NCBI GenBank assembly: GCA_003427395.1 | Contig: BFEA01000017.1 | Coordinates: 1,829,791 to 1,893,790 of the forward strand | Reading direction: 5' to 3' | DNA length: 64,000 bases | Source: Chara braunii | Taxonomy: Eukaryota; Plantae; Charophyceae | Shown here: positions 26,101 through 38,593 of the stretch, piece by piece | Layout of the letters: each line of letters starts with the position of its first letter | Numbering within the stretch: the first letter of the stretch is position 1 | Notes under the pieces: generated by a model | Seen by the model: only the letters and a program-made list of their open reading frames with translations | The model's database searches: none | Told to the model about the DNA's origin: nothing | Made by a program: the position numbers and the translations under genes

Positions 26101-29100
26101 TTGGAAAGGCCTGGAAGGCCGTGGAATGTCTGGCTGCTCGGCCTGTGTTTCCCTCAACCAACTGGTGCGACGAAACTGCCTGGACCCCAAATACGAAATT
26201 GACAGCTTAGGGCCTCTCGTGATTTGTTAGGCCCGCCTTCGCTTAGGCCGGGCACATCTGCAGCAAGAGGCCCCTTAGGCCTGCCGAGGACTCAGATCCT
26301 CGCACGGGACCGCCCGGTCAAACAAGGTGACCCAGGCGACCTGGCTGGTAGCCCAGATATGAAGGCCAAATGTTGTCTTTAAATTTTAAAAAGAAAAAAA
26401 AAAAGAAAAAATAATAAAATATATATAAGTGACGGCCTTGAGATATCGTGTGGAGCTAACTGACCCCAAGTAATTCAGGAATTTTGACTCATCTGATTCC
26501 ATCTGGATTCGATCTCAGTTTCTGTATTTCATCAGTCCATGTGTGTGTGCCAACTGAGCTAGGCCCCTGGGGAGCCCAGGGCTGAAGTTGTAGGGACTAG
26601 AATGTGCTGAGACCAGGAGAAAAAACACAGTCTCTTTCTCTTCTCGTTTCCCTAGTTTTGATTGAACGCTGTCGGCCTTTGTTGATCAGAGTTCTGTGCG
26701 TCTGTGTGCCTTGGTCTTGCAGAGTTTTCACTGTTTTCTTTCTTTTTTTTTGAAATTCCTCGACTGTGTTTTTGAACTTCTATTATTGACGCCGGTGTCC
26801 AACTCTTCTTTCTGTTTACTGAACTTCATTGACATATCGCTGTACGATGCTAGTGAGCCTCACTCGACTAGATAACGCTCGACATGCATTTGGACGGTTT
26901 CTGGAGCAGATGCATTCAGATGAGTACGGCATTTTCAGTGTATCTGGTCCAGAAAGCATCCAAATGCATGTAGACATTGTAGAGTGTTATGTATTTCAGC
27001 AAGGCCCATTGTTGCTTAGGGCACAGCACCCCAATTTTTGCGATTGTCGTGGTTACCACAGGGCCCTCAAATTTCCTGTGGTTTGTTGACCGGCCTATCT
27101 GGCAGGTAGCCAAAGCTTTTTTCCCCAGTAGTACACAGAAATTGCCGCATGCCCAGAGGTCAGATGCGAAAAGGGAGAGCTGCTGTTACATTGGGCAGAA
27201 TAATGAATTGGTAATGTGTGTGTCCTACGTGTATGTATAAAATATTACAACAGTGAGATGTAGAAATCAAATGGTCCGGGTTGTGCTATGTTTGTGCTAT
27301 GTTTGCGGCATTGTGCTATGTTTGGGGCCTTGGGCTATGTTTGCGGCTCTGCTATGTTTGTGCCACGTTTGCGCTATGTTTGTGGCTATGTTTGTGTTAT
27401 GTCTGGGCTATGTTTGTGCTATGTTTGTGCTATGTTTGTGCCTATGTTTGTGCTATGATTGTGGCTATGTTTGTGGCTATGTTTGTGGCTATGTTTGTGC
27501 TACATTTGTGGTTATGTTTGTGCTATGTTTGTGCTATGTTTGTGGCTATGTTTGTTGCTATGTTTGTGGCTATGTTTGTGCTTTGCAAACACTATGCCGT
27601 GTTATGTTTGTGCGATGCTTGTGCTTTGTTTGTGCTATGTTTGTGGCTATGTCTGTGCCACGTTTGTGGCTATGTTTGTGCTATGTTTGCGCTATGTTGT
27701 GTTATGTTTGTGCTTTGTTTGTGCTATGTTCGTGCTTTGTTTGTGCTATGTTTGCTCTATGTTTGTGGCTATGTTTTGGACTATGTTTGAGGCTATGTTT
27801 GTGCTATGTTTGTGCCATGTTTGTGATAATGTTTGTGCTATGACTAAATGTGATGAAGAGCTTGATGTTTGGTTTTCCAGGAAGGTGATGTGGCATGTTT
27901 TTGATGATGTATGAATTTGGGGCCATGGGACTGGGAATGGGGTGTTGGTGCACTGTGGTTCTTGCCGACAGTTGAGTGAGAATACATTCAGACCTCTATT
28001 TGTGAAGACACTTGAGTGGGCGCAGGCAGAGATTATTGATGGTGTGAGCACTCCCCTTCATGGTGACATCAACCGAAACATTGTCTTCTTTGGCCTTATT
28101 AATGAGCTTTCAGAACAACTAAGGTGAAATTGATACAAATCCCTCACATCCTCTGCCTCTGGCAAAGACTCCCCCCCACCCCTGTCTCTTATACACATCT
28201 AGATGTGTATAAGAGACAGCTGTTGATCTTCAGGGTCTGGCCAGAGCGGGCAGACGCGCAGGAAACCACAAAGAAGTACGGCTGCTCGCCCCGCACCCTG
28301 TCTGTGCCCACCCTACTGCCTCACCTNNNNNNNNNNNNNNNNNNNNNNNNNNNNNNNNNNNNNNNNNNNNNNNNNNNNNNNNNNNNNNNNNNNNNNNNNN
28401 NNNNNNNNNNNNNNNNNNNNNNNNNNNNNNNNNNNNCCCCCCCCGACGCATGGACGCATGCACACATGCTCTCATCTCCTCTCCCTGATCCCCCTTTTCC
28501 TGTGCTGTTAATTGTATGATGCTGATCAATCATCCATTCTTGTAGGGTGTGTATTTACTTGCAGGTCTGCTGCGGTGCCGTATTTTTCTGTCCTTTCTCT
28601 ATGTCTATTTTTTTTTTCTCACGTGGATGTTGTTGTAATTTGCGGGAGTTTCTCATCAAAGCTGACCCTTGTTCTTCCTTTTCTTCTTCTTCGGCTTGCA
28701 GGTCTGTGTTCGTTCCATACTTCAAGTATGTACTGGATGGAGTTGCTTCACATTTGATGGGTGGGAAGGCTGCGGAGGAAGGCGAGTCCGTCAAGCCGAA
28801 GAAGAAGAAAAGGAAGAACGAAGGTCAGGCTTGCAAACATGTGGATGGTCAGCCATATGGCTCTTGCATCTTTTTTTCCGTCGTTTCCCCCCCTCTACCC
28901 CATCTGCATTTCCCCCTCAACCTATTTTTGTTTGTTTCCCCCTCCTCAACCTATTTTTGTTTGGTTCACTTCACGCCCAGCCGCATTCTGCATTTCCCCC
29001 TCAACCTATTTTTGTTTGTTTCCCCCTCCTCTCTGCATTACCCCCTTCTCTCTGAGCCCCTCCGCATTCTGCATTTCCCCTTCAACCTATTTTTGTTGGT

Positions 29101-32100
29101 TCACTTCACACCCAGCCGCATTCTGCATTTCCCCCTCAACCTATTTTTGTTTGTTTCCCCCCCCCCTCAACCTATTTTTGTTTGGTTCACTTCACACCCA
29201 GCCGCATTCTGACACATGAGCATCTGCACAAGTGTAGAAAATTGTAGGGGCATCTGCCCGATATTGTTGGGGGCTACCACCCCATCAGAAATTGGACAAG
29301 AAAAGTGAAAGATGTGTGCTTGGGGACATCCTTCAAAATTGGAACGATGCAGAGTAGGATGATTAGCATGGCCCCTATGACCATCAGATGTCCCCACCAC
29401 ATTCCGACCATCAGAAATAGGACGACACGCATAAATCGAGAAATGGTCCAAATTTTCTGTGCTTGGGGACATCCTTTAAAATCGGAACGATACTAAGAAC
29501 TAGTAAGAAGGAAGATTAGCATGGCCCCTGCGCAAGGATGACACACGTAATTGGAGAAATGGGCCAAACTCTCTCTCTTCTTGGTGATTGGTTTGTTGTC
29601 TTCTCCTAGCACCTTTCTTTGATCACTTGTGTGGTCGAGCAAGCATCCGACAGAATGAGTGACCGAGCCGGGCCTGCCTTCAGTGGACTCCTAGGCTTGA
29701 CTTCTTTTTTTTTTTTTTTTTTTTTTTTTCAAGGGCTGCGATCTGAGAGTATGACATGACCAGCCCAAGGTAATTCAGAATTGGCAGTATTTTACTCATC
29801 TGCTTCCAGTGAAGTTTGAACGGAAGTCAGTGTTTCAACGGTTCAGGGGTGTACCAACTGAGCTAGCCCAGTCGATCCTAGGCTTTTTAACCACCAGTAC
29901 ATCCAGCTGTATCAGCCGCGGGCCCTTTTCGGAGGTCGTCCGCCGCCGGTTCAATTTATATACGGCGCTGGGCCTCCAAAATTTCTGTAGGCGACGAGTT
30001 TTTTTTCAGCAAGGCTGGGACCGTGCACTGGCGGTTTGACTTCTACTAGAGTCTTTGGGTACCTCGTTTTGAGCCTTCAGCCCAACCAGGCAAATCAATC
30101 TTATGACTTTCGGAAGCCTCTTTAAAGGCTCTAGGGATGACTTTTGACCCCTGAACTTTTGACCCCTGAAATTTTTACCCCTGAAATTCTTACCCCTGAA
30201 CTTTTGACCCCTGAACTATTGACCCCTGAACTTTTGAGAAAGTTTGACTTGTAAAGGGTCATAAAACAGAGCGAAATTTCACCCGCTGTAAATTTTTCCA
30301 ACTCAGGCTGCTCCAGAGGGTCGAGCGTACGTGGGAAAGAGCTCTAGAACGTCAGAAAGAGAATTCAGGGGCAGGCAGCATTGATTCCCTCTCTCAGGAG
30401 AGGTATTGACTGCCTGGTAAAGCTTTAATTGTAGCAAGGCGTAAAATAAAACAGAGTGAAAATTTCACCCGCCGTAAAAAGTTTCCAGCACAGGCTGCCT
30501 GAAAGAGCTCCATAGGTGTCAGAAGGACAAAACACATTCCGGCGGTGCTAATTGCTTCTTACTGGAGAGGGGATTGGCTCTCTGGTAAGTTTCAATTGCA
30601 ACAGGTGTAATGACCTGTACTGCTGGAGCACATTGCTGGAGCGAGGCTCGCTTACTTGGTGTCCCAGCGCTAGGGAGGAAGGAGGCGGCCGGCCTGGCCC
30701 CTCTAATTAAGGTAGTAAGCGGGGAGGGGCCAGTCCGCCTTCTTCCTTCCCAGCGTTGGAACACCAACCGCTCGCTCAGCAGCGTGTGACACCGAACTTG
30801 CACACCGCAAAATGAGGAAGAGCTCTCACCTCTCCGTTAAGATATACTGGTTGCTGCATCCTTGGGCGGTGGCTTTCCAGGCTGCTCAGCCTCCCAGGCT
30901 ACCGGTACCTTCCTCCTTTCAGAGGGAAACATCATTCAGTCTGACATCCGTTGCTGCAGGCCGTAGACTCAGACTACTGGTCTGGTACCCCTAGACCCTA
31001 AGCCTGCCGGGCTCTAACATTCCTTCGGCCTCTAAAGGTTTACAAACTTTTTTGTCTTGAGTGTTTTTCCCACCTACGCAGGCCTCGCCTACTCCTCTGC
31101 CTCCCGCTGCAACCGATAAAGCACGGCCACAGGCAACTACCAAGCCCAAGGCCCTCCACCACACACAAGTACCCTAGCGGGTCACACACACACACCCAAG
31201 CAAGCAATCATGCAATCAGGCGAATGCACGGGAACTCAGCAATTATATGCTCACACGCACTTACTTAGAAATCTCAGCAGACTGCGGGAACCTCAGCAAG
31301 TCCCACAACCCAGCGGCACAACTCTGAAAACAGAAGTTTTCTCAGTCTGCAATTTTGCAGGTCATTACACAGGTCGTAAACAGGAGTGAAGTTTCACTCG
31401 CTCAGTCTCGCTGTCAATTTTCCAACTCAGGCATTCCCAGAGGGAACGGCAACCCTCCACCCATACCGCACCACAAAAATAAAAGGGAGAATGCAAAGAA
31501 AAAATGGCAATGAAAGAAAAAAGGGACGATGGAAACACACATAACATTTGTGTAACTATTGCAATAGCCAGCAATAACTACACCCTTCGGAGTCCTTTGG
31601 GACATCCGCTAAACTTGGAATGATACAGTGTAACGGGAGCGAGGCTGAGGGAGACAGGGAGAGCCGAGGGAGAGGAGGGAGAGAGAGGGATAGTGAGAGC
31701 ACACACACACACTCACTCACTCGACTCGACTGAGGGACTCGACGGACGCAGACACAGTGGCAAAGACACAAAGTCGAAGTCTTGGATTCCGAATGCGGAA
31801 AACAGGAGCAAGTCACACTGGGTACGAGTACAGCAGCTGAAAACTGGTGCCAGACTGGGTCCCCGTACCGTACGGGGAGCCGGTATATGTACCGGTGACA
31901 TGTACGGTACCAGGGGCATTTCTGCAAAGGCCCCGAGGGCAGAACTGAAAAATGCGGTATTTGAAATTGGCGCCCGAATTGCAGCATGGCGCCAGTTGTC
32001 CAAAAGCCTACGGAACCAAAGGAGGGGTTTGGAAAAAGGGTGCAAGGCCGAAAACGGGATGCAGCAGAAACAGCAAAAAGATAGACCAGAGATCAAGCCC

Positions 32101-32725
32101 TGGCGGAGTCCGTAACATACTGAGTAGATTATCAGGGGCCCTGCATCAAGGATGACACACATAAATCGAGAAATGGTGCGAATTCCCGACCTCCTTTTGC
32201 TTATNNNNNNNNNNNNNNNNNNNNNNNNNNNNNNNNNNNNNNNNNNNNNNNNNNNNNNNNNNNNNNNNNNNNNNACCCTTGGCCATTGGGAGCAAAGGAC
32301 AAGAAGAAGACCAAGTTTTCACTGTTGGACAAGTCCGTCAATCCGTACTGTCTTCACGTGAATAGAATGCCCACTCATTATCGCTGCATCTCTGGACTGG
32401 AAGTTGTGCCAAATACAGCTATAATGACTGGGCGTTCTATTGGGGTGAAGATAGTAGGTTCCTCGTCAGCCCCCTTCCTCATTTCGTACGGTACCGAGCT
32501 GTGATGATATGTTGTGTGTTTTCATTCGTTCTGGTCGAAGACCTATGCAATTTTCATTTTTTTAATTCTCCCCCCCCCCCCCCCCCCCCCCCACCAAAAA
32601 AAAAACAGGTCCTTATGGCCCTGGCTCCATTTCCACTCTGGGGAGCATCAGTCCAGTTCCTATTCCATCGGCAAGTCTGAACGAAGTATTGCATCATGAA
32701 ACACACTCACGCGTGCGCGCGCACG

Positions 32726-32771
<46 letters not shown>

Positions 32772-34125
32772 CTTCCGTCTGCCCGAAGGAACCCTGACCA
32801 GCATTGAGGAACCCTGACCAGCATTGATTACTCCATCATCGTGGAGTATTGACTGTCAGCTTGCCTTACCTGTCAGATAAATGATAAAGAGCAAGAAAGG
32901 CAAAATAAGCTACGGAAGATGAATCTCGGGATTTGCCCTTCAATATTACGTGGCCTGTGATGGATCTTGTCCTTTTGCTGGCTGGGATCTCTGCCTTTTC
33001 CACCCTGCTTCTGAGTTGTGCCAGTCTTTCCACCGTAAGCGAACGTCGTTCATCTCTGCTACTTTGCCTTCTGCGGAAGACCTATGCAATTAAGAAAGGG
33101 CAATCACAATATTCTGGCATTGCTTTTTTTTAAGTTTTTCTTTTTTCTTTTTTTTGAGGCATATTGCTAATTTGGTAATCATTGTAATCATTGTAATCAG
33201 TTGGGAGTGGATTTTTTTTTATTTTTTTTTATTTTTTTTTTTAACACGTGGTTTTGCCAATTCTCATGACATCAAATCAGGCTCCGGCATGCAAGTGGAG
33301 GATTGGAAGCTGCGGTTCCTTGTTGTGACGGCATTACACAAGTGCTTTCTCTACGACACAGTCAGCTTTATGGACTCCACTAAGTTCCAGGTTCGTACAC
33401 ACCTTTTTTTTTTAAGTTTTTTATGTTTCTTTTTCTGCCTGTGCTGCAGGTCAAAGTTTTTGTTTGCATTCGAGCGCGGAAACAAAATCATAATAGAGAT
33501 TGCATAATTTGAGTTTCGTGATGAAAACGGTCCTAAAATGGTAGCAAATAAAAAAGGAAAAAACCGTGCAGAGCTCCCTGCTTTACGTTCCTTCCTCCTC
33601 CCCCCCCCCCCCCCCCCCNNNNNNNNNNNNNNNNNNNNNNNNNNNNNNNGAGGCTGTTGGTTCCCCTGGCATCTCAACTCGATGTGGAGCCTCCACCATC
33701 TGCGCTCACAGCGTCAGTGCGAGGGCAGGAGCCGGAAGGGCAGGCAGCAACAGAGGCAGAGGAAGAAAGGAGGGATATCCCCAGCGTGAACGAGATGGAC
33801 AAAGCGCTTGTGGATTGCCTGACTCAAATGGCAGTTACAGCGAATAGCGACCTCCTGTGGAAACCCATGAACTACGAGGTAAGTGGGTCATTAAATGTTC
33901 TGTGCATGTCCAATGGAAGAATCGAACACACAACTTACGGCTTGCCAGGGAAACACCCAATGTTCTGGCCAGCATCCTTGTTGGTAAATAATAACCGTTT
34001 GCCCTGTGAACACGAAAAAAAGTGTGCTCTCCACAGAAGGGAGGTGGAAGAGGAGAGTGGGTGGGTGAATGGAGTTTTGTGAGGCGGGATGGCAGAAGTG
34101 TCTGGCTAACTTTCTCTGTTGCCTG

Positions 34126-34157
<32 letters not shown>

Positions 34158-35137
34158 TGCCGCGCGTGGCTGTAATGCCATGACTGAGGGCACATACCCC
34201 AGATTCCGTATCTTACTGCAGAACAGGTCCACAGCTTTTTTTTTTTTTTTTTTTTTACTTTTTTTTAGCGTATGCAGTTAATTATGTTCTCATTCCCGCC
34301 GTTCCCCAACTGAACGCAAGATAACAAATCACTCACAAATTCTACCAGAATTTCAGAAAATGAAAAAAAAAAAGAAAAAAAAGTTTATTTGCGAATTGTT
34401 CCGGAAACATAGTGCCTGCCGCGTGGCGTGGCTTCTGAAACGAAATTGTGAAAGGAAATCATGGTTCACATGCGATTCTTGTCTCGTCTGTCGACCGTCA
34501 GATGTCACGACATACAGCCCTCTCACCTCCCTCCCAGGTAACCCTAAACCCTCAACAAGAATGAGCTATGAGGACCAGGTGAAGTGTATCCTTGGCCGAA
34601 TCTGCTGAGAAGAAACGGCCAGATTCTCCGCATGTCTGACAATTCCTATAAATGCCTACCATCTTCCCCCGAAAACTTTGCACGCTGAATGGAGATGAAG
34701 CCGGCTCCATAAGGACCTGTTTTTCTTAATCCGCCACCACCTTTCCACATGCGAACTTCTGGGAAATTTTCATCTCTACCGCCGCGCCGCGTTCTCCGGG
34801 GGCTTGGTGTCCCGGACCTGTTGCCGGTTAGATTTCAACTTTTGGCGCACTGCTCAAATCCACCACAAGAAAGTAAGACCTCAGAGGTTGGGGTGCTTTT
34901 AGAAAGAAAGGACAGAAAGGAAGGAAAGAAAGAAGAAGAAGAAGAAGACGAAGAAGACAAAGACATCGCCCTGTTCATCTTGCGCCATCTCTGCATCTCC
35001 TCCCCCTCTTCTATTAATTGTTTATAGTCAAAGAATGTAATCGGACAATGAATGAATGAATGAAAATCAATGAACAAAGTCGGGATGGAAGTTTATTGAA
35101 CCAATGAATGAATGAAATTCAATCAAGAAATGAATGA

Positions 35138-35172
<35 letters not shown>

Positions 35173-37091
35173 GAAGGAAGAAAGAAAGAATGAATGAATG
35201 AATGAATGGAAGAAAGAGCCAATGTGTGATTCATCTCCCCTCCCTGCTTTTGTGAAATAACCTCTCTCTTCAATGTCTTCATCCTTCCAGTGGCACTGCT
35301 ATCTGTTGAACATCATACTTTTTTTTTTCTTTTTTTTTTTTTTGTTGAACATCATGCTGTTATTCAAGTGGGGTGTGTAAATGGGGCAGTAGATTGACTG
35401 CTAATCTGTTCTGGCAGGCCCTTCATGGATAATACTCGCAGAATCAGAAAATTTTCGGATGGCGTCATGTCAATACAAATTCTAGCAGCAAAAGTGCGCA
35501 TGCAAGGAATCTTGCAAGATGAGAACATTTTTTTTTTTCTTTTCTTTCTCGGCAGTGAAAATTGTAAAATAGTAAAAAATACAAAGTAGAACAAGCGTAT
35601 GAGAGCAAAGTCGAAAGCTGAAACAAAGCTGACAAGTCAAGATCACACGAAAGAACGGCACGAATGTGCTGCATTTCTTGAAAATGAAAGCCTGACATCT
35701 CGCTTCCAATCGTCAATACAACAACAGCTCTATACTTGTTCCCTACTTACTCTATGCTCTTATGAGTGTTATCCTTTTTTTTTTTCGGTTAAAGGGCGAC
35801 AGTCGGGCGATATCATCATCGAACTGACCCTCTCTAGGTAACTCAGGAATCGACGAAGTATTTCACTCATCCGCGTCCAGTGGAGTTTGAACCTGGGGGT
35901 GTATTTCAACAGTTCGGAGGTGTACTGGACCAACTGAGCTAGGACAGTTGGTGCTCTATACAATATATATTTCATACTTCACTCTCTTCTCTCTTCTCTC
36001 TTCTCTCTTCTCTCCGTCTGGTCTGTTCATCTGCTCGCTCAACGATGCGTCAGAGACTGATCACGTTACGGTTGCTCATCAGGCAAGGCTCACTTCTCGT
36101 CGCTGTCCTCTACCCATCGTCCTCCCAAACACCAGCGCCTCCTCATCCAATCATCCAGTGCAGCTATGGCTGTCACTGGCAGGGTCTGCTTAACCGTGGC
36201 AGCCCCGCCCCTCCGTCTTCCTCAACGCCCTGTCTGGCTCTTGCAGCTGCATCATTTTTACTGAATCATTTTTACCGTCGCTGGCAGGGTCTTCTTAACC
36301 GAATGGCTGGCAAGTTGTGAAAAACAAAGGCTTGTCCCTCAGCCAGCCGTCTCCACCCCTTTTGTCAAATGTGGGAGGGTGCGGTTGTGTCATCGAGGAC
36401 CAGGACCGTCCAGTGAAAAAACCTTTCGGACAGCTTATGCGGACTTCCAGAAGCCAGGCCCGTTTACTTTAATGCCCGACAGTTATCTCCGTAAGTTTTT
36501 GACGTACTGGGACTTGCCGTTAGGGCCCAATTTTATTACCGTACGCCCGGTCTTCACCTTGGCTCGGTTAATCCAATGCAGGCGGCCCCTTCTCGGTGCC
36601 GCCAAGGCCTGGGGCCTTGCATGCATACAACAAATTTGGATGAATCTGGATGCAATCGCGTCCAGGGATCAGAAGAAATAAGCTCTATTGTGAATGCCCT
36701 TAGTCCCGACTGGATGAATCTGACAGCAATCACGTCCAGAGCTCAGAAGAAATAAGAGTCCCTACTGGATCCAGCAGGCCCAAAACTTTTTGGCTCAGTG
36801 GTCCTGGGTTGGGAAAATAAGTACTTCTGGTTTAAATGGCTGTACGAACTTAGATACGTTTTTTTCACAAGAGTGCAACTTGGGAGTACTTAAAAAGAGC
36901 ACACTCACACGAGCACTTTCCGAAAAATATGTCTCTGACTGCAATTACGGCCAGAGATGGATGAATCTGACTGCAATCACATTCAGAGCCTGGAAGAAAA
37001 ACTCGCTGTCTGAACATGCCCAATTGCGCCTTTTAAACCTTTTTTTTTTTTTTTTTTCTCGATTTATGTGTGTCATCCTTGCGCTGGGGCC

Positions 37092-37123
<32 letters not shown>

Positions 37124-38561
37124 ACGGATGTCCCGAAGGACCTTTTAAACCGCCAGTACCTTTCCCAGCCAAAAAGCAGAGGCGAGGCAGTTAACACGGG
37201 GGCTCGATTCGGCGTCCGCCGACGGCCAGACACATCGGCCACCCTTGGCGTGCAGGGCCCGAGGCCGATGCATGAGAAAGCTACTGGCGGCTCAAAAGGG
37301 CGACAGCCTTGAGGCCTTTTTGTTTGTTTTTTTCACCTTTTAAGAGGGCGACAACCTCGAGGTATCATCTTCAAACTAACCTAACCGGCACAGTGGAATT
37401 CGGTGTTATTTTACTCATCTGACAATCCATTGGGATTTGATCTCAGGTTTGTCTGTGTTTCAACATTCCTTGGTTTTCGCTAGCTAAGCCAGGCCCCCTG
37501 GAATTGCTCTGTTCTCTCGTTTGCGTTTGATGTGAAAACATTTTGCAGATTCTAAGGTACACCCGAAGGGACAGTGTTCGTGCTCGGCTGTTGGCTATCG
37601 CAATAGTCACACAAATGGTATGTGTGTTTCGGTTGTCATTTTCCCTCACACGATGCCACAGCCACATCCATTTTCTTTTATTTATTTATTTATTTTTATT
37701 TATTTATAAAGAGCTACATCCATTTTTGCCCGTCACAATCGAGTAGTTTTTGATCGAGGCCACCCATGTGGTTTGCCTCATCATTGTGGGGAGACGTGCT
37801 TCCCTGTGACTGGGCTGGGCTGGGCTGGGCTGGGCTTGGCAACCAATGACCATCTTCGGCCAAATATAATGTATGGTCATTATTGCTGTACTTGGGGCAA
37901 CATTCAGTCTAGAAACAGCGATAATGTCTGGGCGCTCTTTTCAGGGGAAGATGGAAGCCTTGGCTTGGCTTGCCTGGGCTAGACTTGTGACTTGCTGTGG
38001 CTTAACTTGGCTTGCCTTGACACGGTTTACCTGGCCAGGACTTGTACCTGGCCAGGATTTGTCGACTTGCTCCGGTTTGCCCTGCATTTGTCTGTCTTTT
38101 GGCTTGTCCAGGCTTGACCTGGCTTGCTTCAGAATGACCTAATCAATTAACTTAGATTCATTGACTTCAGTCAATGAATAACTGTCTTGACGCCAGCTTT
38201 GGCTGGATTTAGGCTCGCCAGAGTCTTTTCTTTCTAGGCTATACCATAGTTGGCTCGCACGGCCGTGCAACCCGGGCAAGTCGCCAGGGGGTCACCTGCA
38301 TGCGGCTCTCCGTGCAGGCAAAAGTGAGCCCTCTTTTTTTCTTTTCTTTTTTTTTCGGGTGAGGGTTTTCCACATGTGCGCAGAGGATCCCAAATCTGGG
38401 CTCCTTTCTCTTGTCCAGGGGGAACGGGGGTATAAATTGTTTTTTAAGGGGCTAAAGGGGTTGAAAGAGGGAGGGGGGGGGGGACTTACTCTGAGTTAGT
38501 TGCTTTCCTTTTTATCTTAGAGTCTGTGAAGGGACTCAGAGATGACCTTTAGCCAAAAGTN

Positions 38562-38593
<32 letters not shown>

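Noticed and set aside
25400-26350. GC-rich coding-like intronic segments (also 36000-36700, 39470-40560)
   Set aside because: Probably TE remnants, but there are no diagnostic motifs or clear boundaries to support a call.
27253-27914. 150-196 aa Cys/Val/Met-rich ORFs
   Set aside because: Translations of a stop-free minisatellite inside an intron.
28182-28219. Tn5/IS50 mosaic ends suggesting a bacterial transposon or HGT
   Set aside because: Exact synthetic Nextera junction adapter near a gap; no transposase.
37040-37141. Functional U6 gene
   Set aside because: Poly(A) tail, TSD, clipped 3' end, and upstream sequence that is a MITE rather than a USE/TATA promoter.
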